DNA of 64,000 bases from an uncultured delta proteobacterium (GCA_963699755.1 CAVOVB010000001.1:1184001-1248000); one strand, 5' to 3'. Positions 40,997 through 50,357 are shown, counted from the stretch's first letter. The notes: generated by a model not told the origin, from the letters alone. A program made the numbers and translations.

Positions 40997-41240
40997 AGCG
41001 GACCAAACAAGGCGCAACACCTTCGCGCATTGGGAGCACAGTCACGCTCGAATCCGACAGAGAGGTCGTCTATGATGCTCGCAGAAACCGCCGCTGCGGG
41101 AGTCCAATGTCAGACGTGCCAACGCAGACTTCGGACCAGCCTATAACCGTTCGGATGAGTATTGGAAGAGCTTTGGCGAAGGGCGCCAAGTTCAACCTCT
41201 CATCTTTCTTCCGGTCTTGCTCCCGGGCTGTGGCCTGGCA

Positions 41241-42881
41241 TTATCGAAGTGATTCCCGCAGGGCGCTCGCCCACTGAATCGGATTGCGAATTCCGGTGTA
41301 TACGGGGGTCACTTTCTTCTTGATATTCAGCAGCTCATAGACGCCGATCTGGGCCGATCGGGTGGAGTAGTCGACCAGGAAAACGCAGTCCTTGGGGATC
41401 TCGACGAACTGTCCCAGAAGCGCCAGGTTCGTCGATCCTTTGGGGACGACCTGGGGTCGATCAGAGATCTTCCTTGGACTGAAGTGGCTCGTGGCGTAGG
41501 GAAGCGTCGTGGGAATGCTCACCGTTGCTTCTTTAATCTCGTCCAAGTCTCTGATGAACCCCAGGTGGTAAACCAATTCGGTGAGCAACTCCTCTCCCGT
41601 CGATTCGGTCATCGTCTTCTTTATGTAATTGCCCTTCGTGTTTCCATAAAGTCCGTAGCCCAGCATGACGGTCGTGTCGGGAGACTGATTTCTGAAATGC
41701 GGTTGAAAAGGAACATGCAAACCGAGCCCCCAGTTTGAGTCGATACAGGACAGGATATGTTGCTCTCCCTGGACCTCGACCCTCGAGTACTTCCTGATCC
41801 TTTCTGCAAACGACGGGCCCTTCGTGGTGATGGTGAAAACAGCCCATTTGGTCCTGTCCACGTCACTGCTGAAAGCGTCAGGGTTGCCCATGTCGGGCAC
41901 TTTCTGGACCATCTTTTCCCACAGCGACCAGCCTCCGTCTCTCTTGTCCGTGACTAGGTCGGGAGCCTCGTTCATGCCGCCTGCACGTGAATCGGCCACT
42001 TTTGATCCGATCGTGATGAAAACACAATCGTGATCGTTGACGACTATTTCGTCCTCGTTGCCCTTTTTCACAAAATGGACCTTTTGAACCGATTTCTCGG
42101 TCCTGGAAGGTCGGAAGTCTACGTCGGTGACCTTGACACCGGTCTGGATGTCGACGCCCTGATTCAAAAGCCATCTCTCGATCGGCGTCACGATGGATTC
42201 GTAGTTGTTGTACGGCGTATTCCAACCTCGCTCGAGAGTAGTGATGTTCGGGGTTTCGTGGAAGAAGCGCTGCATGTAACGCTTGCACTCGATGAGGCTA
42301 TGCCAAGTTTCGAAACCGAACATGGAGGCAAAGAGATACCAGAAATTGGTTTTGAAAAAGGAAGAGCGAAAGTACTCATCCACCCGCCTGCCGTCGATAG
42401 CCTTTTCAGGAACTGCAATGAGAGCGATGAGGGCGATTCTGTCGAGATGGGTCAGACCGAGCTTCGTGTGATCGACTCTGGCTCCCTCTTTTCCTACGAG
42501 TCTGGTGACGGTGTTCAGCTTGTGGGTTCTGTTGAACTCGAATATCTCATCTTTGACGCTTCTCCTCGGGCGATGATTTTGGAGATTATCGATCTCGTCC
42601 TTCCTCTTCTCCATTGCTTCCTGCTCGGCAAGACAGGGGATCGCCGAAAGCATGTCGAAGTAACACTCGTAGGCCTTTTCGTTGATCAGCCTTGCGCCGC
42701 GCATGGAGTACCTCTCGTTGCCATCCCATCTGCCATCGAGCGCTCCACCCAGGACATTGAGCTCTTCAAAGATGTGAATGTTCTTGCCTGCTATTCCGCC
42801 GTCCCGGATGGCGAAGACTGCGGCGGACAAACCCGCAATCCCTCCGCCGATGATGTAGATTTGAGCTCGATCTCTTACCAC
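41241..42881 (-). CDS. Oleate hydratase (MCRA family, FAD-dependent)
   Basis: IGGGIAGL, GGALDG, MRGAR, FFKTNFW, YNNYES, SDRPQVVP..STNLA..GQFVE, DYSTR. Confidence 0.88.
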   Translation of the reverse strand: MVRDRAQIYIIGGGIAGLSAAVFAIRDGGIAGKNIHIFEELNVLGGALDGRWDGNERYSMRGARLINEKAYECYFDMLSAIPCLAEQEAMEKRKDEIDNLQNHRPRRSVKDEIFEFNRTHKLNTVTRLVGKEGARVDHTKLGLTHLDRIALIALIAVPEKAIDGRRVDEYFRSSFFKTNFWYLFASMFGFETWHSLIECKRYMQRFFHETPNITTLERGWNTPYNNYESIVTPIERWLLNQGVDIQTGVKVTDVDFRPSRTEKSVQKVHFVKKGNEDEIVVNDHDCVFITIGSKVADSRAGGMNEAPDLVTDKRDGGWSLWEKMVQKVPDMGNPDAFSSDVDRTKWAVFTITTKGPSFAERIRKYSRVEVQGEQHILSCIDSNWGLGLHVPFQPHFRNQSPDTTVMLGYGLYGNTKGNYIKKTMTESTGEELLTELVYHLGFIRDLDEIKEATVSIPTTLPYATSHFSPRKISDRPQVVPKGSTNLALLGQFVEIPKDCVFLVDYSTRSAQIGVYELLNIKKKVTPVYTGIRNPIQWASALRESLR

Positions 42882-43258
42882 GCGAGTGATCTCCGCTAGG
42901 GTCGAAGGATGAGAATCGAAAAACTCAACTCACCTCGACACTCAGCTTGGCGAAGTTAGCACTTCTCTTGAACAGCCGTAAGAACGCCTTTAGCGCATTT
43001 TCAAGGCCTTCCTGTGATGCCAATGAAAACGGGCCCGGGAAGCCGCTACGGAAGAATCCCGCCGACCGAAATGGCCGACGTCAACCCGCGCCGGTTCGAC
43101 GAAGACGACTGACCGAGCCCACGAAAAGCGGAACAAGAACACCGAGCAGCGACGAAAACCGGACCGTGGACGCCATCTGATATCGTTCATCTGCGAACCG
43201 CGCTGCGACAGATGGTGCAACGGTCTCGCTCCTGAGCATTGGCGGAACCACCGCTTCA

Positions 43259-44689
43259 TTACGAAAGAGAAGATCGACGCTTTTCAGTCGTGGAGCTATG
43301 GGCGGTGCGCGTCGCGGCGAGTCCTTTGTACTCTTTGAAGGCTGCCTCGAGGTCTTCGACGAACTCGTGCACGTGGGGGAAACTTTCCCAATCGGCGTTG
43401 AAGCCCCAGTAGAGCCCGCCATCGTAGCTGAACAGGGCGATGCCGAGGTTCTGAGTTGGCGGGATCGGCACCAATGGATACATGGCCTTCACTTGCGCGC
43501 CAAGCATGTAGAGCGCGAACGGCGGCCCCGGAATGTTGGTGACCACCACGTTGTAGGCGCGTCGCCGGATCGCCTCGCGGGAGAGGTCCAAGATGAGCCG
43601 TTTGCTCGTCAGCTCGGCCACGTCTTCCAGGAGCTCGGCACCGGCCGTTTGGTTGGATTCGTTCTTGAGTTCGGTCGTGATGATGATGACCTTGTTCAAT
43701 CGCTCGATGGGGTCAACCTCAGACACCGGCAGCTCTGCGAGAAGCATCGCGACCTGATTCCCAGGCGATGCGCCACCGCCCTTGCGCGTGCTGACGGGCA
43801 AGAATGCCCGGAATCCCACCATCGAGTCGACATCCATGTTGCGTGCTTCGAGGAAGCGCCGGACGGCACTCGTCGTCGTCGCGACCACGACATCATTGAT
43901 GGTGCCTCCGAGGGCGTTCTTGACGGCCTTCACCTCGTCGAGGTCGAACGAGGTCCAGTCGAAACGACGGTACGGGCTGACGTCGGGAGCGGTAAACGGG
44001 CTTTTCGGACCGGGGGTCATACCCGACCGCAAGACCTGCACTACCCCTCCCAAGTTCTGCTTGATACGGGGACCGAAGTGCGAGAGCTTGCGAAGCCCAT
44101 CGATGCGGTACTTGACCTCGGCTCCGAGAAGCTGTGCACCACTCGGAGCGGGCCGCGGTGCCCATGCGCTCGGCTCTTTCTCGGTTGCAGCCGGGGTCAT
44201 CTGAAGCAACGCCTCGATGAGTCCAACACCCGCCAGGCCATCGACCATGCAGTGGTGCGCCTTGGCAACCAAAGCAAACTGGTCGTTTTCGATCCCTTCG
44301 ACGATCCAGAACTCCCATAGCGGCCGGCTCCGATCGAGGGGCTGCGAGAACAGCCTGCCCACGAGGCGCTTGAGAGTTCGCTCGTCACCGGGAAGAGGGA
44401 GCCTCGTGTGGCGAAGATGGAAGTTGATGTTAAATCGATCATCGTCGATCCAAACCGGATGACCAAGCCCCGGCACCCACGCTAGACGCTGCCGATAGCG
44501 CGGCATCGTGTCTAGCGCAGCCAACGTATACCGGGTGATGCGCTCGATATCGAGACCGCCGTGGCCCAACGTCAGTGGCTTGGCATCGAAAAGAAGCGCC
44601 GCGCCAACGTGCATCGGCGCTGTCTCGTTCTCGAGATCGAGGAAGATCGCGTCGAGTGCGCTTAAACGTTCGTAGAACGTGTCCGCCAT
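43259..44689 (-). CDS. WS/DGAT acyltransferase (island copy)
   Basis: HHCMVDG, PLWEFW, TINDV, TNIPGP. Confidence 0.92.
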   Translation of the reverse strand: MADTFYERLSALDAIFLDLENETAPMHVGAALLFDAKPLTLGHGGLDIERITRYTLAALDTMPRYRQRLAWVPGLGHPVWIDDDRFNINFHLRHTRLPLPGDERTLKRLVGRLFSQPLDRSRPLWEFWIVEGIENDQFALVAKAHHCMVDGLAGVGLIEALLQMTPAATEKEPSAWAPRPAPSGAQLLGAEVKYRIDGLRKLSHFGPRIKQNLGGVVQVLRSGMTPGPKSPFTAPDVSPYRRFDWTSFDLDEVKAVKNALGGTINDVVVATTTSAVRRFLEARNMDVDSMVGFRAFLPVSTRKGGGASPGNQVAMLLAELPVSEVDPIERLNKVIIITTELKNESNQTAGAELLEDVAELTSKRLILDLSREAIRRRAYNVVVTNIPGPPFALYMLGAQVKAMYPLVPIPPTQNLGIALFSYDGGLYWGFNADWESFPHVHEFVEDLEAAFKEYKGLAATRTAHSSTTEKRRSSLS

Positions 44690-45023
44690 TGTGGGCCCCA
44701 AAGAATACGCTCTCGCACGCAGAGAGACCAGCTCCAGCTCGTGATAGGCACTCTGAATCCGTGCCGCCGCCGACGGCTCCTCTGGGCCTGATTTCTGGTC
44801 GGTACACTGTCAGTCTTCCGTTTCTAGGGGCCTACCCAGCACTGGCAGATCCATGCGACCTATAAGCCGACCGTCGTGGTGGCAGATGTCGTTGCGGGTC
44901 GTCCTGACTTTCGAGACGCGGTGGAGCGTTTCTCGCCACCGGACTCTCCGATGCGAAACCTGTCGTTGCGGGCTGGCACATACTAGGACAACCGTCGGGT
45001 CGGGCTCTCGGCAGTCCGTCCGC

Positions 45024-45050
45024 GCGAATAAGCCGAAGGCGTTGAGCGCG
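45024..45050 (-). repeat. Right 27-bp inverted repeat
   Basis: GCGAATAAGCCGAAGGCGTTGAGCGCG. Confidence 0.9.
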
Positions 45051-45381
45051 CCCCTCACGGCCGAGCTCGGGACGAAGGCCCGAAGCCGGAGCCGTGCAGT
45101 TTTGTTGGCAGACAAAACTCCACCTTGCCCGAACAAATCGGGACCTTTCTTGGCGCACGATGAACAACTCTGGAGCCTGCTGCGCGAATCTGAAGCGAAG
45201 TGACTCGTCTTGCCTCGTAGTGACGCAATTTGCGGCAGGATGAGTCAGACCTAGCTACCTTGGCGCAAAACGATGCGGTGTTATCCAGAAAAGAGCAGGA
45301 CGAGCCAGATCCGACCCAGGGTGGGCGTGAGACTGAAGCGGAGCCTGGACGGGTACGCACACTGGGCATAACCTAGCTTGA

Positions 45382-45618
45382 ATGAGAACCCGATCCGACA
45401 TCCATGCGTTCATCGATGCACTGGACGACGAGGAGCTCGACGCGGTGCGTGCGGTTCTGAACGCCGTTCGCACGAAAGATGGCTTTGATAGCCTAAGCGA
45501 AGATGACCTGGAGAGACTGCGGGCATCGGTGAGACGTGGGTTGGGAGACGAAGCGAGTCGCAGGGCAGCCAGAGAGCTCACGCGAATGGCCCAGGAAGAC
45601 GAGCTCGGATACGAGTAG
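45382..45618 (+). CDS. Small acidic helical hypothetical protein
   Basis: 78-aa ORF (FIDALDDEELDAVRAVL) upstream of fic; weak resemblance to antitoxin-like proteins. Confidence 0.5.
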   Translation: MRTRSDIHAFIDALDDEELDAVRAVLNAVRTKDGFDSLSEDDLERLRASVRRGLGDEASRRAARELTRMAQEDELGYE

Positions 45619-45664
45619 CTCGTGCCCCTGAACCGCTGGCCTACCGGGGAGAGCATAGGGTCAC

Positions 45665-45717
45665 CTAAGAAAGAATTCTTTACTTTGCGCTTGCGTTGGT
45701 AAAGAATACTTTCTTAG
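45665..45717. promoter_or_regulatory. 19-bp inverted-repeat operator over the fic promoter
   Basis: ctaagaaagaattctttac-N15-gtaaagaatactttcttag (1 mismatch), ending 6 bp before the ATG. Confidence 0.7.
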
Positions 45718-45723
45718 AGGCAG

Positions 45724-46896
45724 ATGGCAAGAGTTACCGGGAGATACGAGCGTACGGCGGTCGCCGGCGAGGAGGTCAGGGCCTTCGTGCCGCAGCCCCT
45801 GCCTCCGGCGGACCCGCCGCTGCGCCTCGACTCCGAGGTCCTCGCGCTTCTCGGTCGTGCCGAGCGGGAGCTCAGTCGCCTCGAGCTCGCCGGCGAGATG
45901 GTGCCCTCGGTCGACTGGTTCATCTACGGGTTCGTCCGGAAGGAAGCCGTGATCTCCTCTCAGATCGAGGGAACGCAAGCCACGTTGATCGACCTGCTGA
46001 CATTCGAGGCGCAGCGCGAAGACGATTCGCCGCCAGGACCGGACGTCCAGGAAGTGTGCAACTACGTCGACGCACTCGCGTACGCGAGAGAACAACTTCG
46101 CCGTCGAAAAGGGCTGCCACTCTCGATGCGACTGCTCAATGGAACGCACGCGCGTTTGATGAGAGGTGCGCGAGGTGCGGACAAACAGCCAGGGAAGGTC
46201 CGGCGCACCCAAAACTGGATCGGCGGCACGCGTCCGGGGAACGCCGTCTTCGTTCCACCGCCGCCAAACCTGCTCGACGGGCTCTTGAGCGATTTCGAGC
46301 GCTACATCCACGCGGACGATCGGCTGCCGCCCCTGGTTCGGGCAGGGCTCTTGCGCCTACAGTTTGAAACCATCCATCCCTATCTCGATGGGAATGGAAG
46401 GATCGGCCGTCTTCTCGTCACCTTGCTGCTCGAGGAGTGGAGCCTGCTCTCGAAGCCGCTGCTCTACTTGAGCCTCTTCTTCAAGCAGAACCGAGAGGAC
46501 TACTATCGCCTACTCAACGCCGTCCGCCTCGAGGGCGATTGGGAAGGCTGGATCCGCTTCTTTTTGGAGGGCGTCGCGTCGATCGCAAAGGAAGCGACCG
46601 ATACCGCGCGCGACCTTTTCGCTTTGGTAAGTGCGGATCGAGCGCGCGCGTTGGCGGCCCCGGCGAGCTCCGTCATGGCCGTTCGTCTTTTCGAGGCACT
46701 GGGACAGCACCCCATCGTCACGATCGCGCGCGTGACGGAGCTCCTCGAGATCACGAAGCCAACCGCGACCAAAGCGGTCAACACACTGGTGGACGCAGGC
46801 ATCTTGACGGAGACCAGTGGCCGGCGCCGGGATCGTATCTACAGCTATTCCGCCTACCTCGATCGTTTGAGGGTTGGCACCGAGCTCGAGGGTTGA
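45724..46896 (+). CDS. Fic/DOC family protein with C-terminal HTH
   Basis: HPYLDGNGRIGR; N-terminal inhibitory motif SSQIEG; C-terminal wHTH. Confidence 0.92.
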   Translation: MARVTGRYERTAVAGEEVRAFVPQPLPPADPPLRLDSEVLALLGRAERELSRLELAGEMVPSVDWFIYGFVRKEAVISSQIEGTQATLIDLLTFEAQREDDSPPGPDVQEVCNYVDALAYAREQLRRRKGLPLSMRLLNGTHARLMRGARGADKQPGKVRRTQNWIGGTRPGNAVFVPPPPNLLDGLLSDFERYIHADDRLPPLVRAGLLRLQFETIHPYLDGNGRIGRLLVTLLLEEWSLLSKPLLYLSLFFKQNREDYYRLLNAVRLEGDWEGWIRFFLEGVASIAKEATDTARDLFALVSADRARALAAPASSVMAVRLFEALGQHPIVTIARVTELLEITKPTATKAVNTLVDAGILTETSGRRRDRIYSYSAYLDRLRVGTELEG

Positions 46897-46989
46897 GACC
46901 CTCGAAGGGGACCGGTCACACGTCGTTGCTCGCTGGCGAGCAGGTGCCCACTCTGTCCGGCTGCAACCCTTCAAGAGTTGCAGGCAAAA

Positions 46990-47060
46990 GTTCCACGAAT
47001 CCTTCCACTTTCCAAGGGACACCTCGGGACATGTCGGGACGGCACGCAACGTCGTGGGAC
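46990..47060 (+). repeat. Putative att arm: TTCCAC pair plus 10-bp-phased GGGAC array
   Basis: TTCCAC at 46991 and 47003 (also 39297 and 39309); GGGAC at 47016, 47026, 47036, 47056 with GCAAC at 47046. Confidence 0.65.
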
Positions 47061-47114
47061 TCCATGTGGTTGATGTTGTCGAATTTCCCGAATGCGTTTG
47101 GGGCCCCCAAAGGG

Positions 47115-47137
47115 TTGCCAAGGTCGAAGTCGTGGGT
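47115..47137 (+). repeat. attR-like tRNA-Gly fragment 1
   Basis: ttgccaaggtcgaagtcgtgggt. Confidence 0.8.
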
Positions 47138-47408
47138 GTACTCGGCTTCGCCTGCGTACTGCTCCCGTACTCGTGCAGCGCGCTGCACTCGTACACTCGC
47201 AAGCGAATCCCATTTCCCGCTCCACGTCACGATTGCGGCTCCGTCTTGCGGGGCCGTTCTTCGTCGGGGTCTCGGCCCCGAATCCATCGAGCTGAGGGGT
47301 CCTTTTGACTCGCTCCGCCAACGATCGCAGGTTAGCTTTGGAGCGTCGGGCGGAATCGGAGCCCCCTGAGCGCGCCAGACACTTCACCTCCGGTAAGGCC
47401 GAAGCGCC

Positions 47409-48761
47409 ATGAAGCAATTGCGTTTACGTTCTGTCCTTCGGTCGCCACGGGCGCTCCTCGCCCTGGCTGCCCTGGGCGCCGCGCTTTGGCTGGTCGTGGC
47501 GCCTGCCTCCGCTGAAAAGGGCGCGACCCAGATCGTCTTTGCCTCGGGGCCCGACGACACGGGGACCGTTCGGCGCATTGTCGACAGTTTCAACGCCGAG
47601 CACGCCGGCCGGGTCGAGGTGACGTGGCGGCAGATGGATCGAGACAACAACACCCATCGCCGGCAGCTAGTTGCCGACTTCACCGCGAAGGCGGAGGCGC
47701 CCCACGTCATCGCCAGCGACGTGGTTTGGACGGCGGAGTTCGCGAAGAACGGCTGGGTCGAGGACCTGACGAAGCGGTTCTACCGTACCTACAAACGCGC
47801 CGCGCTCCTCGGACCGGCGCTCGAGTCGGCGACTTACCGATTTCGGATCTGGGGGGTGCCCTGGTACTCCGACGCCAGCGTCCTCTTCTACCGCAAGGAC
47901 CGCCTCGCCGAGAGCGGGTTCGACGCTCCGCCGCGGACCTGGGACGAGCTCATGCAGATGGCGCGCCGGGTCATGAAGGACTCGGGGATGCGCCAAGGTT
48001 TCGTCTTCCAGGGCGCCGACTACGAGGGAGGCACCGCGAACGCCATGGAGTACATCTGGGGCGCCGGCGGCGAGGTGATGAGGGGAGAGCTGAGGGTCAC
48101 CAGCCCGGTGCGCGCCACCCTGGCCGAGACTGACGCGGTCACTATCAAGAGCAAAGACGCCGCCGCAGGGCTCGACGCAGCGCGGCGCCTGGTCGCCGAG
48201 GGCATCGCGCCTGCGGATGTCACGACGTACCGCGAGCAGGAGGCCCTCGACGCCTTCCTAGCGGGTGACGCCGTCTTCCTGCGGAGCTGGCCCTACGTCC
48301 AGGGCATCGTGCAGAAATCCGCTCTCTCGGGGACGCAGGTCGGGGTCAGCTGGCTGCCCTCCGTGTCGACCGAGCATGTGGGATACAGCTGCCTCGGGGG
48401 CTGGAACCTGATGGTGAGCGCGCGCGCCAGCAAAGAGGAGCGGGCCGCGGCGTGGGAGCTGATCCGCTACCTGACCTCGCCTGCGCAGCAGAAGCGACAG
48501 GCACTCGAAGCGGGTCTGCTGCCCGTCGTCCTATCGCTGTACGACGACCCGGAGGTCCTCGGCGGTGTGCCGGTCGCAGCGCTCGCCCAGGAGGCGATGT
48601 CTTCACGAATCCGCGTTCGTCCGATCTCCCCCTTCTACTCCGAGATGTCTTCGCGAATCGCGAAGGCTTTCCATCGTGTCCTGAAGGGCGAACTGACGGG
48701 AACCCAGGCGGTGGAGGCACTCGACAAGGATCTGCGCGTCATCGTCACGCGCAATCGTTGA
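47409..48761 (+). CDS. Sugar ABC transporter substrate-binding protein (orphan)
   Basis: DVVWTAEFA..GW, LFYRKD, PPRTWDEL, QGADYEG, LGGWNL. Confidence 0.85.
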   Translation: MKQLRLRSVLRSPRALLALAALGAALWLVVAPASAEKGATQIVFASGPDDTGTVRRIVDSFNAEHAGRVEVTWRQMDRDNNTHRRQLVADFTAKAEAPHVIASDVVWTAEFAKNGWVEDLTKRFYRTYKRAALLGPALESATYRFRIWGVPWYSDASVLFYRKDRLAESGFDAPPRTWDELMQMARRVMKDSGMRQGFVFQGADYEGGTANAMEYIWGAGGEVMRGELRVTSPVRATLAETDAVTIKSKDAAAGLDAARRLVAEGIAPADVTTYREQEALDAFLAGDAVFLRSWPYVQGIVQKSALSGTQVGVSWLPSVSTEHVGYSCLGGWNLMVSARASKEERAAAWELIRYLTSPAQQKRQALEAGLLPVVLSLYDDPEVLGGVPVAALAQEAMSSRIRVRPISPFYSEMSSRIAKAFHRVLKGELTGTQAVEALDKDLRVIVTRNR

Positions 48762-48837
48762 CGCCAGCGACCGGCATTCGCGACCTAGGATTCGTCGACG
48801 GTTGCGGCTTGCCGCCGCGGCCGTAGGGGCTGTGCTC

Positions 48838-48881
48838 TGCCAAGGTTGAAGTCGTGAGCTCGAATCTCGTTTCCCGCTCCA
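48838..48881 (+). repeat. attR-like tRNA-Gly 3' half ending in CCA
   Basis: tgccaaggttgaagtcgtgagctcgaatctcgtttcccgctcca. Confidence 0.9.
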
Positions 48882-48883
48882 AG

Positions 48884-48917
48884 AGCCGGCCTCTCGAAGT
48901 CGGCTGTTCTCTTTGTT
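48884..48917 (+). terminator. Hairpin after the displaced tRNA 3' end
   Basis: agccggc-N8-gtcggct followed by gttctctttgtt. Confidence 0.5.
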
Positions 48918-48938
48918 GGGGATCGTCAACGCGAGGTC

Positions 48939-50357
48939 TCAACCTTGCAATGGCCGCGCGGCGGGTTGTTCTTCTCGTGTAGCGGCAAGCTTTTTGTATT
49001 CCTCGAATGCCGCTTCGAGATGCTCGACGAACTCGTGCACGTCGGGAAAACCTTCCCAATCAGCATTGAAGCCCCAGTGCAGCCCACCATTGTAGCTGAA
49101 CAGGGCAATCCCGAGGTTCTGGGTCGGCGGGATGGGAACCAGAGGAAACATGGCCTTCACCTCTGCGCCTAGCATGTGAAGGGGAAACGGCGGACCCGGG
49201 ATGTTGGTCACCACGACGTTGTAGGCGTGTCGTCGGATAGCCTCGCGCGAGATGTCCAAGATGAGGCGCTTGGTCGTCAGGTCGGCGACGTCTTCGAGGA
49301 GCTCTGCGCCTGCCGTCTGATTGGACTCCTTCTTCAGCTTGGTCGTGACGAGGATGACCTTCTCGAGGCGCTCGATGGGATCAGGCTCTGATACGGGGAG
49401 CTCTGCGAGGAGCATCGCGACCCGGTTTCCGGTCGTTCCACCGCCAGCCTTGCGCGTGTTGACAGGAAGAAACGCCCGAAAGCCCGTCATCGAATCTACA
49501 TCGATGTTGCGGGCTTCGAGGAAACGTCGGATGGCGGCCGTCGTCGTCGCGAGCACGACATCGTTGATGGTGCCACCCAGCGCGTTCTTGATCGCCTTGA
49601 CCTCGTTGAGATCGAACGAGGTCCAGTCGAAACGACGATACGGGCTGATGTCGGGGGCGGTGAACGGGCTGCTCGGACCGGCCTTCATTCCGGACTGGAG
49701 GACACCGACCACACCTCGGAAATTGTTCCGAATGCGCGGTCCGAAGTGAGAAAGCTTTCGCAGGCCGTCCATGCGGTGCTTGACCTCGGCTCGAAGAAGT
49801 TGGGTGCGGCTCGGAGCGCGACGTGGCGTCCACGCTTTGGGCTCTTGCTCTGTCGCCACCGGCGTCATTTGGAGCAACGCCTCGATGAGCCCCACACCCG
49901 CCACGCCATCGACCATGCAGTGATGCGCCTTGCCAATCAGAGCAAACTGGTCGTTTTCGATGCCTTCGACGATCCAAAACTCCCAGAGCGGCCGGCTTCT
50001 ATCGAGGCGCTGTGAGAACAAGCGACCCACCAGGCGCTTGAGTCTTCGCTCGTCGCCAGGAAGCGGGAGCCTCGTATGGCGAAGGTGGAAGTTGATGTTG
50101 AATCGATCGTCGTCGATCCAGACCGGATGACGGAGCCCTGGCACCCACGCTAGCCGTTGTCGATACCGTGGCATCGTATCGAGCGCAGTCAACGTGTACT
50201 TGGTGATGCGCTCCATATCGAGCCCGCCGTGCTCCAGCGTGAGCGGTTTCGCATCGAAGAGAAGCGCTGCGCCCACGTGCATGGGCGCGGTCTCGCTCTC
50301 GAGGTCCAAAAAGATCGCGTCCAGCGCGCTCAGACGTTCGTAGAATGCGTCTGCCAT
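48939..50357 (-). CDS. WS/DGAT acyltransferase (close paralog of 43259-44689)
   Basis: HHCMVDG; long identical peptide stretches shared with the island copy. Confidence 0.92.
   Translation of the reverse strand: MADAFYERLSALDAIFLDLESETAPMHVGAALLFDAKPLTLEHGGLDMERITKYTLTALDTMPRYRQRLAWVPGLRHPVWIDDDRFNINFHLRHTRLPLPGDERRLKRLVGRLFSQRLDRSRPLWEFWIVEGIENDQFALIGKAHHCMVDGVAGVGLIEALLQMTPVATEQEPKAWTPRRAPSRTQLLRAEVKHRMDGLRKLSHFGPRIRNNFRGVVGVLQSGMKAGPSSPFTAPDISPYRRFDWTSFDLNEVKAIKNALGGTINDVVLATTTAAIRRFLEARNIDVDSMTGFRAFLPVNTRKAGGGTTGNRVAMLLAELPVSEPDPIERLEKVILVTTKLKKESNQTAGAELLEDVADLTTKRLILDISREAIRRHAYNVVVTNIPGPPFPLHMLGAEVKAMFPLVPIPPTQNLGIALFSYNGGLHWGFNADWEGFPDVHEFVEHLEAAFEEYKKLAATREEQPAARPLQG

Noticed and set aside
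42900..43258. Short ORFs between the hydratase and WS/DGAT
   Set aside because: No recognisable motifs or clear translation signals; cannot be supported as genes.
48838..48881. Second tRNA-Gly gene
   Set aside because: The 5' half is missing and the T-loop is mutated (CTCGAAT); it is an att remnant.
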